Assembly: GCA_031385045.1 (NCBI GenBank)
Contig: JANNBC010000015.1
Span: 1 to 64,000, forward strand
Reading direction: 5' to 3'
DNA length: 64,000 bases
DNA from: a bacterium
Lineage (GTDB): Bacteria; Bdellovibrionota_C; UBA2361; CALJRW01
Shown: in pieces, positions 39,785 through 50,407 of the stretch
How positions within the stretch are numbered: position 1 is the stretch's first letter
How the letters are laid out: each line of letters starts with the position of its first letter
Notes under the pieces: generated by a model
What the model saw: the letters and a program-made list of their open reading frames with translations, nothing else
Database searches by the model: none
Told to the model about the DNA's origin: nothing
Program-made: the position numbers and the translations under genes

Positions 39785-39794
39785 TGTATATACA
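39785..39794. promoter_or_regulatory. Palindrome upstream of brnTA, probable operator
   Basis: TGTATATACA, 6 nt upstream of the toxin ATG. Confidence 0.5.
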
Positions 39795-39955
39795 ATAAAT
39801 ATAAGATCTTTCTTAAAATAACTCCATTTTAAAGTTAAACTTTAGAATAGGTATTCATTATTCAATCGGAGATACGATAAAAAATTCACTAGGCTTGATG
39901 GATTCTTTAATAAATTTAACTTGAAAATGAAATTATCTAGGGTTAGATTTGTTTT

Positions 39956-40261
39956 ATGAACTTAAATTTGAATGAAATAATTGAACATTTTAGGACAGTA
40001 TTAGAAATAAAAACGGGGTCTTACTATGATTCTTTTAATGATGAAATTATTCGTATGCTTGATCTCGAAGAACAAGATCATAGTTATCTTAAAAACTTCT
40101 TCCTAACTTTTGCGGACAGAAAGGAAATTGAAAATTGGACTAACCTTGTTAAGCATAAATTAGTTATGCACGAGGATGAAGAAGGAGTAGACGATCTAAT
40201 CTTTGAATATATCGAATACCAAACGAGGAAAGAGCTAACTTATGACTCTCTAAAAGTATAG
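39956..40261 (+). CDS. Acidic hypothetical protein
   Basis: 101-aa ORF preceded by TTGAAA-N17-TAGATT-N6-ATG. Confidence 0.6.
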   Translation: MNLNLNEIIEHFRTVLEIKTGSYYDSFNDEIIRMLDLEEQDHSYLKNFFLTFADRKEIENWTNLVKHKLVMHEDEEGVDDLIFEYIEYQTRKELTYDSLKV

Positions 40262-40264
40262 CAT

Positions 40265-43200
40265 CTAACCAATAGCAAGCTTTGCTGTTTCCTTCCAAAG
40301 ATAACTTGGTATCGGTTTCTCAAGTTGCCAGTAGATACTCATTGGTTTTGAACCTTCATGTTTCACATAATTTACCTTACCAAGAAATACAAAAGACATG
40401 GTCTTTTTATATTCATCGTTGTTCTTCTCACGGACAAATAATAAAATTGATTTCTTGTTTGTTTTTTGTTCTATGTAACTAAGCCCAACTCCTCGATCTT
40501 CCCTGGAGGCATTTTGCGACTGCCAATGAAAAATATGATCGCTTACTGCATAATCTTGATACATTGTTGTGGGTGAATATAAATCTTCATTTTTCTCTAA
40601 TGTCGTAAAAAGAATTTCTGTATTTTTAGAATTAATATTAAGTACTCCTTCTCGGGAAGAAGACTTCTTAGCAAAATTACTTTCACCAAAGGCAGCTAAG
40701 ATTTGTTCTCTAGTATATCTACTGTGAACCATAAGCGGTTGTTGATATGGCAAATCAATCACTTCTTCCTTGTGCGCAATGCGATCAATTAAAATCTCTA
40801 ATAACTCTACAATCTCACCAACCAATTCGGAACTCTCGCTAATCTTTCTTATCGCAAGGTTTAAATTTCCATGTGCCTCTTTTACACTCCAAAGATCATA
40901 ATAAAGCATATTGAGCATCAATCGTTCTGACTCTGTATATGTTTCTCTTAGATTAAAATTATCTTTTGCTAGTTGTAGGATAAAATTTAAATAAGAGTAG
41001 GAGTTACAATTAAGCCATTTTCTATAAATGGCATTTCTAATCTCTTTCTCGTTATTACAAGAGAATTCCTTTTTTTCTGATGCTAACTGACAGAGGCGCG
41101 ACCAAGTTTCATATTTATAGATAAATTCTAAGGGGATATTAGTAAAATTAATAAAATTTTTGAGATTGAGAGGTAATGATGCCTGAAATTGAAAGTTTTT
41201 AATTTTACTAATTAAAGTATTCTTGCGTAGATTTACAGCATTTTTAATATTAGCTAAAATTACTTCTTTAGCTTTCCTCTCTAAAATAATAGAACAGCCG
41301 AGTGGTAGATGAGGAAAATCTTTTTCAATTTCATCACGAGTAGAATTAGTTGTCTTGCCAATTAAGGCTCGAAACTTATTGTTAAAATCATATTCAGATC
41401 TAGCATTTCCAACAAAATCTAGAACCGTTAGGCAATCTTTGCCGGCAACTTTTCGCAAGCCTCGTCCTAATTGTTGCAGGAACACTGTTAAGCTTTCTGT
41501 TGGTCTTAAAAATAAGATCGTATCAATTTCTGGAATATCAACACCTTCATTAAAGATATCTACTACGAATAAATAGTTAATTTCTTTCTTGAAAAGCCTT
41601 TGTTTAATGGTTTCCCGTTTACCTTCTTGGTCATTACCACTAACTAGATAATCAGCTTTAAAACCTCTTAGGGTAAACTTTTCCGCCATAAACTCGGCGT
41701 GATCTCTTGATACACAGAAACATAGTGCCCTCACCTCTCTGAGATCCGTTAGATAATGTTGACAACGCTCAATGATCTCGCCAACTCTTAGATCGTTTCC
41801 AGTATAAATTCGTGTCAATTCACTAGGATCGTATTTTCCTTTTGACCAAGCAACGTTAGATAAATCTATAGAATCTGAAATACCAAAATACTGGAATGGG
41901 CAGAGCAACTCTCGATTTAAGGCTTCTGGTAATCTAATTTCTGCTGCTATTGTATTACAAAAATCATCTAAAATATTAGCATTGTCCATTCTTTCTGGCG
42001 TTGCAGTTAAGCCAAGAAGAACCTTAGGATGGAACTTACTTAAAACGGGTCGATAACTACTAGCTGAGATATGATGTACTTCATCAATAATAATATAATC
42101 GTAATAATCGCTACTGAGCGCTAGTGAATCAATTTGATTTTTTAGTGTAAGTATTGATGCAAAAACTGACTTGTAATTTGTAGGAATTTGGCCATCTGCC
42201 CAAAGCTCTCCAAAATTGTTATCTCTTAGAATTCCTCGGAATGTCCCGATAGCCTGCTCTAAGATTTCTTTGCGATGTGCAATAAATAAAAATTTGGCAT
42301 TGGGATTATCTTTAAGAAAATTTTTAAAATCAAATGCTGAGATTACAGTTTTGCCCGTACCAGTTGCTGCAACTATTAGATTTCTAGATCTATTATGTAA
42401 AGTTCGTTCAACTAAAAGTTTTTCTAGAATTTCCTTTTGAAATGGGTATGGCTCCAAATCAAAATAAGTTGCCGGGAGGCTATTCGCTATCCAATTTTCT
42501 TTTTTTAAGGCACTTTGAAGTTTTTCATTGCTAATACCTAAATGATAATCTTCAAATTCTGGATCATTCCAATAGGTATGAAAAACTTTATCAAATTTTT
42601 CAATTATGTGAGGTATTTCTTGAGTTGTAACTTTAATATTCCATTCGAGTCCTTTTGTTAATGCACTCTTCGAAAAATTTGAAGAACCGATATAGGCAGT
42701 GTGAAACTTGGTGTTACGATAAAAAAGGCTTGCCTTAGCATGTAGTCTTTCGCTTCTAGTATTGTAGGAGACCTTGATTTGGGTATTTTTTAATTTAGCT
42801 AAAAATTCAATTGCTTTATAATCAGTGGCGCCCATGTAAGTAGTTGTGATTACATGTAGCTGACCACCTCTATCGGTAAATTCTTTCAGCTCTTTCTCTA
42901 TTAATCGAAAACCTTCCCACTTAATAAAGGAAATTAAAAAATAAATCTTATCGGCAGAAAGGATCTCTTTTCTTAACTCAGTATCAAGGGAGATACTAGC
43001 ATTGCCTCCTGTAAATAATTCACTCTGCGCCAATCCTGCTTGGGGTCGAACTTCTTTTAGGTGAGCCTCAAGATCACTAAAACCACAATCAATTTTAGAG
43101 ATAATAGCTGTGAGAATTTGCTCATTCTTTTCATTTAAATCAATTAATTCACTATCAAAATCTGCGTTATCTAATTCTTGTCTTAGGAGGTGAATTATTT

Positions 43201-43414
43201 TATTAGAAAGTGCAATTTGCTGGTCAATACTATCTTCGTTAGTAATTAGCCCAAAGGCATAATGTAGAAGTCTAGATAAATATTGACTGAGAATTCTAGC
43301 AGCCTCATGTTTTTCAATTTTAATTCTTTGAACGTAGAACTTATTTGGATCAAGTCTTGCAAGTTTATTCTCGACAAGCTTGTTAATTAATTTTTCGTAA
43401 AGTCCCAGTTCCAT
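40265..43414 (-). CDS. SauUSI-like type IV restriction enzyme (PLD nuclease, SF2 helicase, DUF3427)
   Basis: RLHAK..IGSSNFS, AATGTGKT, DEVHH, TATPER, QQLGRGLR, C-terminal YQDYA..FHWQSQN; ATG at 43414 preferred over TTG at 43423. Confidence 0.8.
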   Translation of the reverse strand: MELGLYEKLINKLVENKLARLDPNKFYVQRIKIEKHEAARILSQYLSRLLHYAFGLITNEDSIDQQIALSNKIIHLLRQELDNADFDSELIDLNEKNEQILTAIISKIDCGFSDLEAHLKEVRPQAGLAQSELFTGGNASISLDTELRKEILSADKIYFLISFIKWEGFRLIEKELKEFTDRGGQLHVITTTYMGATDYKAIEFLAKLKNTQIKVSYNTRSERLHAKASLFYRNTKFHTAYIGSSNFSKSALTKGLEWNIKVTTQEIPHIIEKFDKVFHTYWNDPEFEDYHLGISNEKLQSALKKENWIANSLPATYFDLEPYPFQKEILEKLLVERTLHNRSRNLIVAATGTGKTVISAFDFKNFLKDNPNAKFLFIAHRKEILEQAIGTFRGILRDNNFGELWADGQIPTNYKSVFASILTLKNQIDSLALSSDYYDYIIIDEVHHISASSYRPVLSKFHPKVLLGLTATPERMDNANILDDFCNTIAAEIRLPEALNRELLCPFQYFGISDSIDLSNVAWSKGKYDPSELTRIYTGNDLRVGEIIERCQHYLTDLREVRALCFCVSRDHAEFMAEKFTLRGFKADYLVSGNDQEGKRETIKQRLFKKEINYLFVVDIFNEGVDIPEIDTILFLRPTESLTVFLQQLGRGLRKVAGKDCLTVLDFVGNARSEYDFNNKFRALIGKTTNSTRDEIEKDFPHLPLGCSIILERKAKEVILANIKNAVNLRKNTLISKIKNFQFQASLPLNLKNFINFTNIPLEFIYKYETWSRLCQLASEKKEFSCNNEKEIRNAIYRKWLNCNSYSYLNFILQLAKDNFNLRETYTESERLMLNMLYYDLWSVKEAHGNLNLAIRKISESSELVGEIVELLEILIDRIAHKEEVIDLPYQQPLMVHSRYTREQILAAFGESNFAKKSSSREGVLNINSKNTEILFTTLEKNEDLYSPTTMYQDYAVSDHIFHWQSQNASREDRGVGLSYIEQKTNKKSILLFVREKNNDEYKKTMSFVFLGKVNYVKHEGSKPMSIYWQLEKPIPSYLWKETAKLAIG

Positions 43415-43511
43415 GGCATTCAAAGTAGCAACTTTAAGAATTGATGGCCAGGGATAATGAGGTTGATTTCACTAAATAAGAGACATCAGCTCAGGCATAC
43501 CCCAAGACATG

Positions 43512-44627
43512 CTAAACAAATTTCTTAAGAAATTCCAAAGCAGAAATTACAATAATCCCATCTTTAGTAACATAATGTTTGTCGGTATCAAAAACTACTT
43601 GATAACAATCGACTTCAGGAAATTTGGATTTTAAATATTTTAAATTTTTATCGATATCTGTACTTTGATACTTAGCTTCAATAAACATTGAAGGAATATC
43701 TTTTTTAGTTATTACAAAATCCACCTCTCTCGCTTGGGAATCGCGAAAATATCTTAGCTCATACTCCTCACCTTCGGTATCTGTTCGAAAATGGCACCAC
43801 TTGAGTAAGTGTGACGCAATCATGTTTTCGAATCTAGGCCCATCTTTTTCAATTAAGGACCAATCATAGTGATAATGTTTCTGTTCTTTTTTAACAGATT
43901 TGATCTTAGCAGAACCAAATGGACTTAAGCGGAAGATTGCATACATCCTTTCCATGATAATCAACCAACGCTGAATTACTTTGAAAGATATTTCCAAATC
44001 TCTTGTAATGGAATTGATTGATAGCGGGCTACCAACTAAATCTGGAAGGCGAAGAGCCATTAGTTCAAGCTTTGCTAGGTCGTGAATACTTTCCAAGCTG
44101 TTGATATCTTCATTGATCAATCGGTGGCGATATTCCAATGACCAACGTTTGGCATCCTTTGCCGAACCTGAAAAAAATGGTTCCGGAAAACCTCCTAAAA
44201 AAAGTAAGTCTTTCAAATCTTTTTGAGTTTGGATTTGCAACTCACTAAGTGAGAGTGGATGCAGCCGGTAATAATGATACCTGCCCTGCAAAGAGTCACC
44301 ACCGTAGCGATAGTAATCAAGCTTGGCGCTACCAGTCACAATAACCTTTTTAGAATTTTTATTTAGATCGTAAAAACCTTTAATAAAACTTCGCCATCCT
44401 TTGAATTTATGCAGTTCATCAAAAATGACATTTGGGAAATTTGGAATTTCATTATTTAGAATCAGATCTTTGTGCTCAATAATATCCCAATTAAGATAAG
44501 TTCGTTCTGTTGGAAAAACATTTAAAGACATTGTTGTTTTCCCAACTTGGCGTGGCCCACCAACAAAAACCATTTTCTTGTTTAAATCCTCTTTAATGTA
44601 TGATTCTAAGTATCTGTTTTGATTCAT
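43512..44627 (-). CDS. AAA_14 ATPase with DUF4143 (PD-(D/E)XK-like) C-terminus
   Basis: GGPRQVGKTT, FDELH, TGSA, SLQGR, GGFPE, EVDF...IEAK. Confidence 0.9.
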   Translation of the reverse strand: MNQNRYLESYIKEDLNKKMVFVGGPRQVGKTTMSLNVFPTERTYLNWDIIEHKDLILNNEIPNFPNVIFDELHKFKGWRSFIKGFYDLNKNSKKVIVTGSAKLDYYRYGGDSLQGRYHYYRLHPLSLSELQIQTQKDLKDLLFLGGFPEPFFSGSAKDAKRWSLEYRHRLINEDINSLESIHDLAKLELMALRLPDLVGSPLSINSITRDLEISFKVIQRWLIIMERMYAIFRLSPFGSAKIKSVKKEQKHYHYDWSLIEKDGPRFENMIASHLLKWCHFRTDTEGEEYELRYFRDSQAREVDFVITKKDIPSMFIEAKYQSTDIDKNLKYLKSKFPEVDCYQVVFDTDKHYVTKDGIIVISALEFLKKFV

Positions 44628-44640
44628 ATTATAAGCATAA

Positions 44641-44704
44641 TAAGTGATTTTTATCCTATGTCAAAAATCACTTAAGTAATTTTATACCATAGGCAAAAAT
44701 CACC
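44641..44704 (-). promoter_or_regulatory. Tandem 32-nt palindromic operator units containing TTGACA
   Basis: TAAGTGATTTTT-N10-AAAAATCACTTA (44641-44674) plus a degenerate copy at 44673-44704; minus strand TTGACA-N16-TATTAT-N9-ATG. Confidence 0.7.
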
Positions 44705-44890
44705 TTCAAGTAGAAAATATTTTAATAAAAGAGGCATTGTCAGTACTCTCCGGAATAACTTTCACCAAAACCTCATAAGCATCTGAAGATACTAAGTAAT
44801 CAGAGTGATTTTATTGGGATGACACTAGCTGACAGTTTTAAATTTATGAGGTGCTTTCATTAGCAGTTAGTCTAAAAGTATAAATATTAA

Positions 44891-45979
44891 CTAATCAAAC
44901 GAAAACGATCGATACCAAGGATGCCCCATAAACCCTGGACCCACTTCAATTTTAGCAATAGAGGCTTGAGATGCCGAGTTAAAAACGTCTGGATCAACTT
45001 GAATGCATTTTGGAACATTAAGTCCTGAAGGGGCACCATCAAAGTTAAAATATAAATAATAGGTATAGTAACGTCCATTCTTGGAGCGGTGTTCACGCTT
45101 TTCTTTGTTGATAATTTGTCCATGCACTATAATTGAAGGCTGGGAATCAAGATTAATATTTAGATCGGATAGCATGTTAACTCCGGCTATCGGCATGCAC
45201 AGTCCTATCAGCAAGGCAGACTCAATAATAATCCTATGCCCACGAGAAGATCCGCGAAAAACTAGGATCACAACTAAGAAGAAAAAAACTAAGCAAAGCA
45301 GGCCAAAAATTATGCCCTGTTGGAATAAATACATTCCATCTAAATGATAATCTTGGCGATTAAAGGACCATTCCATAAATCCAGCACTGGCATATCCAAA
45401 GAATGACCAGACGAGAGTTTCTGTAATAAAGGCTTTCCAAACAAATGGATCGTCAAGGAAACCAACCCTAAGTGTTCGATCTCTATTAATACTATCCTTT
45501 AAAGCAATTAATTCGTTTTTTATTTCTTGATTCTGACTACAATCTCCAGGAAGCTTTAAGATTAACTGTCGGCCATCAGATTTTAAATGAATGGCGTCGG
45601 ATACAAAGAATTTTAAAATTGTTTTTCTTAGAGTAGGATCTCCAGTAAGTTTTCGAAAAAAGGACTTACTGTCAGAAGCAATATAAATCAGATCGTCAAA
45701 TTCTGGATCTCCAGTTTGAAACTCTTTTGCTAAGCCTAAGTTTTTAAAGAAGCTATCACTGCCAACTTCATTAGTTAATTTAAATTGTGCCGGGAAAGCA
45801 AGATCCACGATAAAGGAAGTTGCCAGAACGCTACTTTTACTGCGATGTTTAATAATATAAATCTTGTTTCCAGCTACAATAGATTCTTGCTTGCCACTTA
45901 AGCTTAAGAAGATTTGTTTGCTAAAGATTCGAGCTAGAGCTGATAGACCAATGGCAATCAATTTAAATAAAATCCACAT
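44891..45979 (-). CDS. Hypothetical membrane protein
   Basis: TGDPEFDDLIYI soluble region, three TM segments, HRSKNGRYYTY tail. Confidence 0.6.
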   Translation of the reverse strand: MWILFKLIAIGLSALARIFSKQIFLSLSGKQESIVAGNKIYIIKHRSKSSVLATSFIVDLAFPAQFKLTNEVGSDSFFKNLGLAKEFQTGDPEFDDLIYIASDSKSFFRKLTGDPTLRKTILKFFVSDAIHLKSDGRQLILKLPGDCSQNQEIKNELIALKDSINRDRTLRVGFLDDPFVWKAFITETLVWSFFGYASAGFMEWSFNRQDYHLDGMYLFQQGIIFGLLCLVFFFLVVILVFRGSSRGHRIIIESALLIGLCMPIAGVNMLSDLNINLDSQPSIIVHGQIINKEKREHRSKNGRYYTYYLYFNFDGAPSGLNVPKCIQVDPDVFNSASQASIAKIEVGPGFMGHPWYRSFSFD

Positions 45980-46087
45980 TTCTTAATTATTAAAATGTTA
46001 GAATTAAATCTATGATCCATGGGGGAATTCTAAAGTCTATTAATCTGTAATTTAAGTTATAGTAATCTTCAGTAATAATTTAATTGA

Positions 46088-46981
46088 TTACTGAACCAAC
46101 TTACCATCACAGTCTAACCAATACTCTTGTCCACCAATCATCATCTTGCCTTTATTACATTCAGGTCCAGCTGGTTTTTTAGTATCCGAGAAGTCCGCTT
46201 GTTTCACACTATCAATTCCGCTAGTTAGGTGATCTTCATCAGCGCGCATATGCAGACTTAGGTTCCCCATTTGTTGAGCTGTTTCAATTTTTAGAGCGTC
46301 AGTTGGACTAAGCTCTAAAGTTACTGTGGAACTGGCGGCTATTTTATTACGGCCAGAAGCAAATCTTTGAGTGGCAGTAGAAGCATCGCCTCCGGTAGAA
46401 AGAATCCGAGAATTCTCTACTACTACTTTACTAGTTAATTGTCCTTCATCAATGTGTGTTAAGACAACATCAACGCTGTTGCCCGGCATTGCCCAACCTT
46501 CAACACCATGCTTAGCAGAGATATCAATTGTTACAGCTCTCATCCCCGGACTAATTTTAATCAAAGCACCTTCTGGAGTATCTGTTAAATTAATTGCTAA
46601 AATTGGTTCACCATATTTTAAATCTACTTTAGCAAATTTGTTATGAAGCATTGCTAGGTCATCAACTGCGCCGACTGGCAGTTCAGCTTTTGGCCACATT
46701 AATTCACGAAGCTCAACACTTCCTAAACTTGTTCCCGCTGGAACTGGTTTCGCTGGCGTAAATAAAACTATTGTATCGTTATTAGTTGCTGCCGCTACAG
46801 CTTCGGTAGTCTCTTGAATTTTTGAAGCGGTGGCAGTTCTAGATTGAAGAATAATTACCAGTAATGCTACAACAAGTAGCAAGATCGACATTAAAATTCC
46901 AAGCAAGATAAATTTCTGCTTTTTGGAATTTAGGTTAATGCTAAAGGTACCGGCTTGTGTTCCAAATTTCCCGCTATTCAT
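46088..46981 (-). CDS. cpaB: Flp pilus assembly protein CpaB/RcpC
   Basis: SAF-like domain, PGMRAVTI, GWAMPGNSVDV, TVTLEL, LSLHMR. Confidence 0.88.
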   Translation of the reverse strand: MNSGKFGTQAGTFSINLNSKKQKFILLGILMSILLLVVALLVIILQSRTATASKIQETTEAVAAATNNDTIVLFTPAKPVPAGTSLGSVELRELMWPKAELPVGAVDDLAMLHNKFAKVDLKYGEPILAINLTDTPEGALIKISPGMRAVTIDISAKHGVEGWAMPGNSVDVVLTHIDEGQLTSKVVVENSRILSTGGDASTATQRFASGRNKIAASSTVTLELSPTDALKIETAQQMGNLSLHMRADEDHLTSGIDSVKQADFSDTKKPAGPECNKGKMMIGGQEYWLDCDGKLVQ

Positions 46982-47121
46982 AACAAAATCCCTTTTGTTA
47001 CCTACGAAACATCCTTGTAAGTAATTATTTTTGTAAATTTACTCAGATTTTAAAGCTTTCAAGAACATTCAAGTTTGAAAAATGCTTTAATAAAATTAAC
47101 TCTCTGAGTAATTGCCTATTC

Positions 47122-47149
47122 ATATCGGCATGTTATAGGATGCACTTTA
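47122..47149 (-). promoter_or_regulatory. Sigma28 (FliA/SigD)-type promoter upstream of cpaB
   Basis: Minus strand TAAA-N16-GCCGATAT. Confidence 0.6.
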
Positions 47150-47554
47150 AGCCTTTTTTGGTTTCAAATCGTAAATTTAAAAAGTCAATACTTTTGGGGG
47201 CTTTTTTTAATTTAATTAACTTAAACTTATTGGGTAATAAATCGAGACTTTTGAATATCTTATCAACAAAAAAAACTGAAAAACTTGTGCTTTTTGCCAC
47301 TTTCGCCAATAATTTTTAGAAGTTTTAAATAAAAAAATTTATAGCCAGTTAGCCCTTTTACGAGTAAATTGATAATCAGTTACAAGGAAAATTTGCTATC
47401 TGCCGTAATTTCTTTAATTATCAGAAATAAGTGGTTTTTACAGAAAGCTACCCCTCGTTTTGTATAAACTTCTGGGAAATTAGCGGTTTTAAGCATTTCT
47501 GGTAGAACTATAAAATTATTAACAAAAAATCATCGAATATAACGGTTAAAATAT

Positions 47555-48631
47555 ATGAAAAAAATTATCATCCCAGTTGTTATTGTTATTTTAGCCTTAG
47601 GGGCATATTTTTTTACAGGAAAAAACGAGAGTAAATCTTTTGAGCCACTTGCCAACAACACTGGTAAAAAACCAGTAACAGAAGTGACAGGCAGCTCTGC
47701 TACGACAACAACTCCACCAATCGAGCCGGTGAAAGGTAGTAGCGATGAAGACTTAGAAAATCTTTATGACGAAGAGATTCTCCCTGCAACTGATGTTTAT
47801 CCTTCAGCACGAGAGGCTTACGACAAAATTATGGCTTCCATTAAAAGTTACGATGATATCGTACTAGAACAATTTGCTGGGCTAAACGCTAGTAATTGCA
47901 CCTGGTGTCCAGAATTGTTTGCTAGCTTAAAAGAATCAATGATTGCGGCAAAAGATGATGATACGAAGAGTTACTTAGCTGAGCTATTAGCAATCACAGG
48001 CGATCAGGGTAACATCGAAACGATCTTAGAGGCTTATAAAAATGGGAATGAAAGTGATCAAGAAATTTACTTAGAGTCATTAGAAATGACTGCAGGAGAC
48101 GATAATTTAGTTGCATTCTTAAATGGAAAAATCGAAGGAGCGCCAGAGCCACTTAAAGAATCATTAATTGCAGCAATTAGTAATCATGGTTCCCTTTCTG
48201 CGGTAGAAAGTCTTTACGAACAAACAAAAGCTAAAGGCGATCCTAATGGCTACTATGATTTTGGAATGGGCTTAGGAGAAGTTATTCCTGATGCCGAAGC
48301 ACTACCAAAGCTAATCGATATTGCTAACCAAAAAGATCAGTACTCCCATTTAGCGGTGAAGTCCTTGCTAAACTATGGAGACGAAGGTCTGCGGGAAGTT
48401 TTTAATATTATAAGTAGCTCTAATGACTCTGCCTTAAATGGAAAATTATTGGCTGACGCGATCGATCATGTAAGTTTTAATGAAGATACTGAAGCCTTAA
48501 TTGATGAGGTGCTTGCTAACAATTCTAATCCTGATGCTCAGAAATTCGCTAAGGAAATTAAAGATGAGATGGCGTACGAGCTAAACAATAGTGATGCTGA
48601 TACGGCAGAAGATGTAGCTGGTGAAGAATAG
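47555..48631 (+). CDS. Membrane-anchored acidic HEAT-repeat-like protein with CxxC
   Basis: N-terminal TM, CTWC, helical repeats such as LAELLAITG. Confidence 0.5.
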   Translation: MKKIIIPVVIVILALGAYFFTGKNESKSFEPLANNTGKKPVTEVTGSSATTTTPPIEPVKGSSDEDLENLYDEEILPATDVYPSAREAYDKIMASIKSYDDIVLEQFAGLNASNCTWCPELFASLKESMIAAKDDDTKSYLAELLAITGDQGNIETILEAYKNGNESDQEIYLESLEMTAGDDNLVAFLNGKIEGAPEPLKESLIAAISNHGSLSAVESLYEQTKAKGDPNGYYDFGMGLGEVIPDAEALPKLIDIANQKDQYSHLAVKSLLNYGDEGLREVFNIISSSNDSALNGKLLADAIDHVSFNEDTEALIDEVLANNSNPDAQKFAKEIKDEMAYELNNSDADTAEDVAGEE

Positions 48632-48641
48632 TAATACCTAC

Positions 48642-48673
48642 AGTGATACTAAGAGAAATCTCTTAGTATCACT
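48642..48673. terminator. Hairpin between convergent genes, probable bidirectional terminator
   Basis: AGTGATACTAAGAGA-AA-TCTCTTAGTATCACT, perfect 15-bp arms. Confidence 0.65.
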
Positions 48674-48678
48674 CCTTC

Positions 48679-49914
48679 CTAACTAAGAAAAGTTTTCTTA
48701 GGATGATTAATTCGAAGAAATATATAACCCACAACGATATAGGCAATCAGCATTACCTCGCTATCTCCAAAACTATACTCAACAAGTCCTGCTACCATCC
48801 AAGCAAGAATTGCCGCCAAAGCAGTTAGGAGTAAAAGATCATTAGCAAGTTTCTCCCGCGTCCAAGTTTGATATCCAAGATATAGTAAGCTTAAAAAAAA
48901 TGTACCAAATAGTACTAAGGATAGAACTCCACCCTCAACTAAAATATTTAGATAGTTACTATGAAAATGTTTTAAATTTTCAGGAATGATACTAGAGAAA
49001 TCCTGTAAATGACGGCTATTAGCAAAGCCAATTCCTAAGGGGTAACGCCCTGCCAGCTCAACTCCAATTTCCCAGATATCATAACGTCCACCAGAAATTA
49101 AGAAATGATCAATTGAGTGGAGCAGCCTCTCCCGCATTGATTCAATGAAAACAAGTGGCAGAATAAGTACTGGGCAAAAAACAAAAAGTAATTTGGGGCG
49201 ATAAGCTAGGCACAAGCAAACACCAGCAACAGCAACTCCAAGTAATGGGCCCCGTTTCATATTTAAAATTAAGGCAGCAAAAATTAGCAGTAAGGCCAAA
49301 CAGGTAGCAATAATCCAAGTCCGCGATCTTTTCTTTTGAGTTACTAAGGCTAAGCAGGCAAATGCTAAAAAAATGGAGATTGTGATTTGCCCAGACTCAC
49401 TAACTGCACCAACAAATAGCTGATTAAACACAGTGGGATTAATAAACTCTAAGATTGAATGAAAGCTAGCGATTGCTTGCCCTGCAATTAGACAAAGAAA
49501 AGGACGTAATGCTCCAGACTTGAGTAAATGATAAGAGACCAGCATGGAAGAGGAATAAAAGCTTAGCTCTAATAGCTTACGGTAGCTTTTAAGGGGATCT
49601 AAACCAAAGGAAGCTGAGGCAAAGAGACTAAGGATTAAAAAGATCCAAAGATTTCCAAGCCGAGGGAATACTTCAAAAATTTCAGTTAGCTTTTTATTTA
49701 TTATTAGATAAGTTAAGCCAGAGAGCATTAATGGGAAAAAGCTAACGTAAGCTAAGACTAGTTTTAATGGGATACAGAAAAGAAAGACACAGAGAAGATT
49801 AAAGCCATGGCGCTCAAATAAATTATTGTTTAAACTGATAATATTATTTTTATTTATCATTACCACTGTGAAAAAGACTTTAATATTTTTAACACTATTA
49901 CTAGTCACTTGCAA
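48679..49914 (-). CDS. O-antigen ligase/Wzy_C-family membrane protein (start probably downstream of 49914)
   Basis: KRGPLLG, GRYDIW, YPLGIG, HFHSNYLNILVEGG. Confidence 0.8.
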   Translation of the reverse strand: MQVTSNSVKNIKVFFTVVMINKNNIISLNNNLFERHGFNLLCVFLFCIPLKLVLAYVSFFPLMLSGLTYLIINKKLTEIFEVFPRLGNLWIFLILSLFASASFGLDPLKSYRKLLELSFYSSSMLVSYHLLKSGALRPFLCLIAGQAIASFHSILEFINPTVFNQLFVGAVSESGQITISIFLAFACLALVTQKKRSRTWIIATCLALLLIFAALILNMKRGPLLGVAVAGVCLCLAYRPKLLFVFCPVLILPLVFIESMRERLLHSIDHFLISGGRYDIWEIGVELAGRYPLGIGFANSRHLQDFSSIIPENLKHFHSNYLNILVEGGVLSLVLFGTFFLSLLYLGYQTWTREKLANDLLLLTALAAILAWMVAGLVEYSFGDSEVMLIAYIVVGYIFLRINHPKKTFLS

Positions 49915-50329
49915 AGCATCTGCGGCTGACCACTCCTACCTTGTTGGGGAGCATAGTAGCAAGCTTTTTCCATTAGTTGGCGCCCCTAAAGAGAAAATGA
50001 ATAATAGCTTAACTGGTAAAAGCATTTGGACCTATAAAGATTTTAAAGTACTAATTAGAAAAGACCAGGTAATTCAGGTTCTAGATTTAAATAAATCTAA
50101 TATCCCGGCTAATCAACCAAAGATTACTAAAGCTATAGCTATTTCGGTTGAACCACATCTAGCTGAGTCTCCAACGAAAGAGGCTGACTCAAATATGTTA
50201 GGTGAAATTATGAAAGAATTAGAAACAAAAACTACAGCGGGTAAACCGGCAGCACCTGGGCAAGCTCCTAATCTCTTAAATCCTCAAGCAAATAGTCTAC
50301 AAAATAATATGTTAAAGTTTAAGCAGTAA
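49868..50329 (+). CDS. Secreted hypothetical protein (start GTG 49868 inferred)
   Basis: KKTLIFLTLLLVTCKASA signal peptide; VGAP..WTY motif. Confidence 0.5.
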   Translation: MKKTLIFLTLLLVTCKASAADHSYLVGEHSSKLFPLVGAPKEKMNNSLTGKSIWTYKDFKVLIRKDQVIQVLDLNKSNIPANQPKITKAIAISVEPHLAESPTKEADSNMLGEIMKELETKTTAGKPAAPGQAPNLLNPQANSLQNNMLKFKQ

Positions 50330-50407
50330 CCAATTCAGTTCGGTAATCCCTAATTGCTTTTGGTACATCTGCCAACGCAAGTCAGATTCTATTAATTGAT
50401 TATGTAT

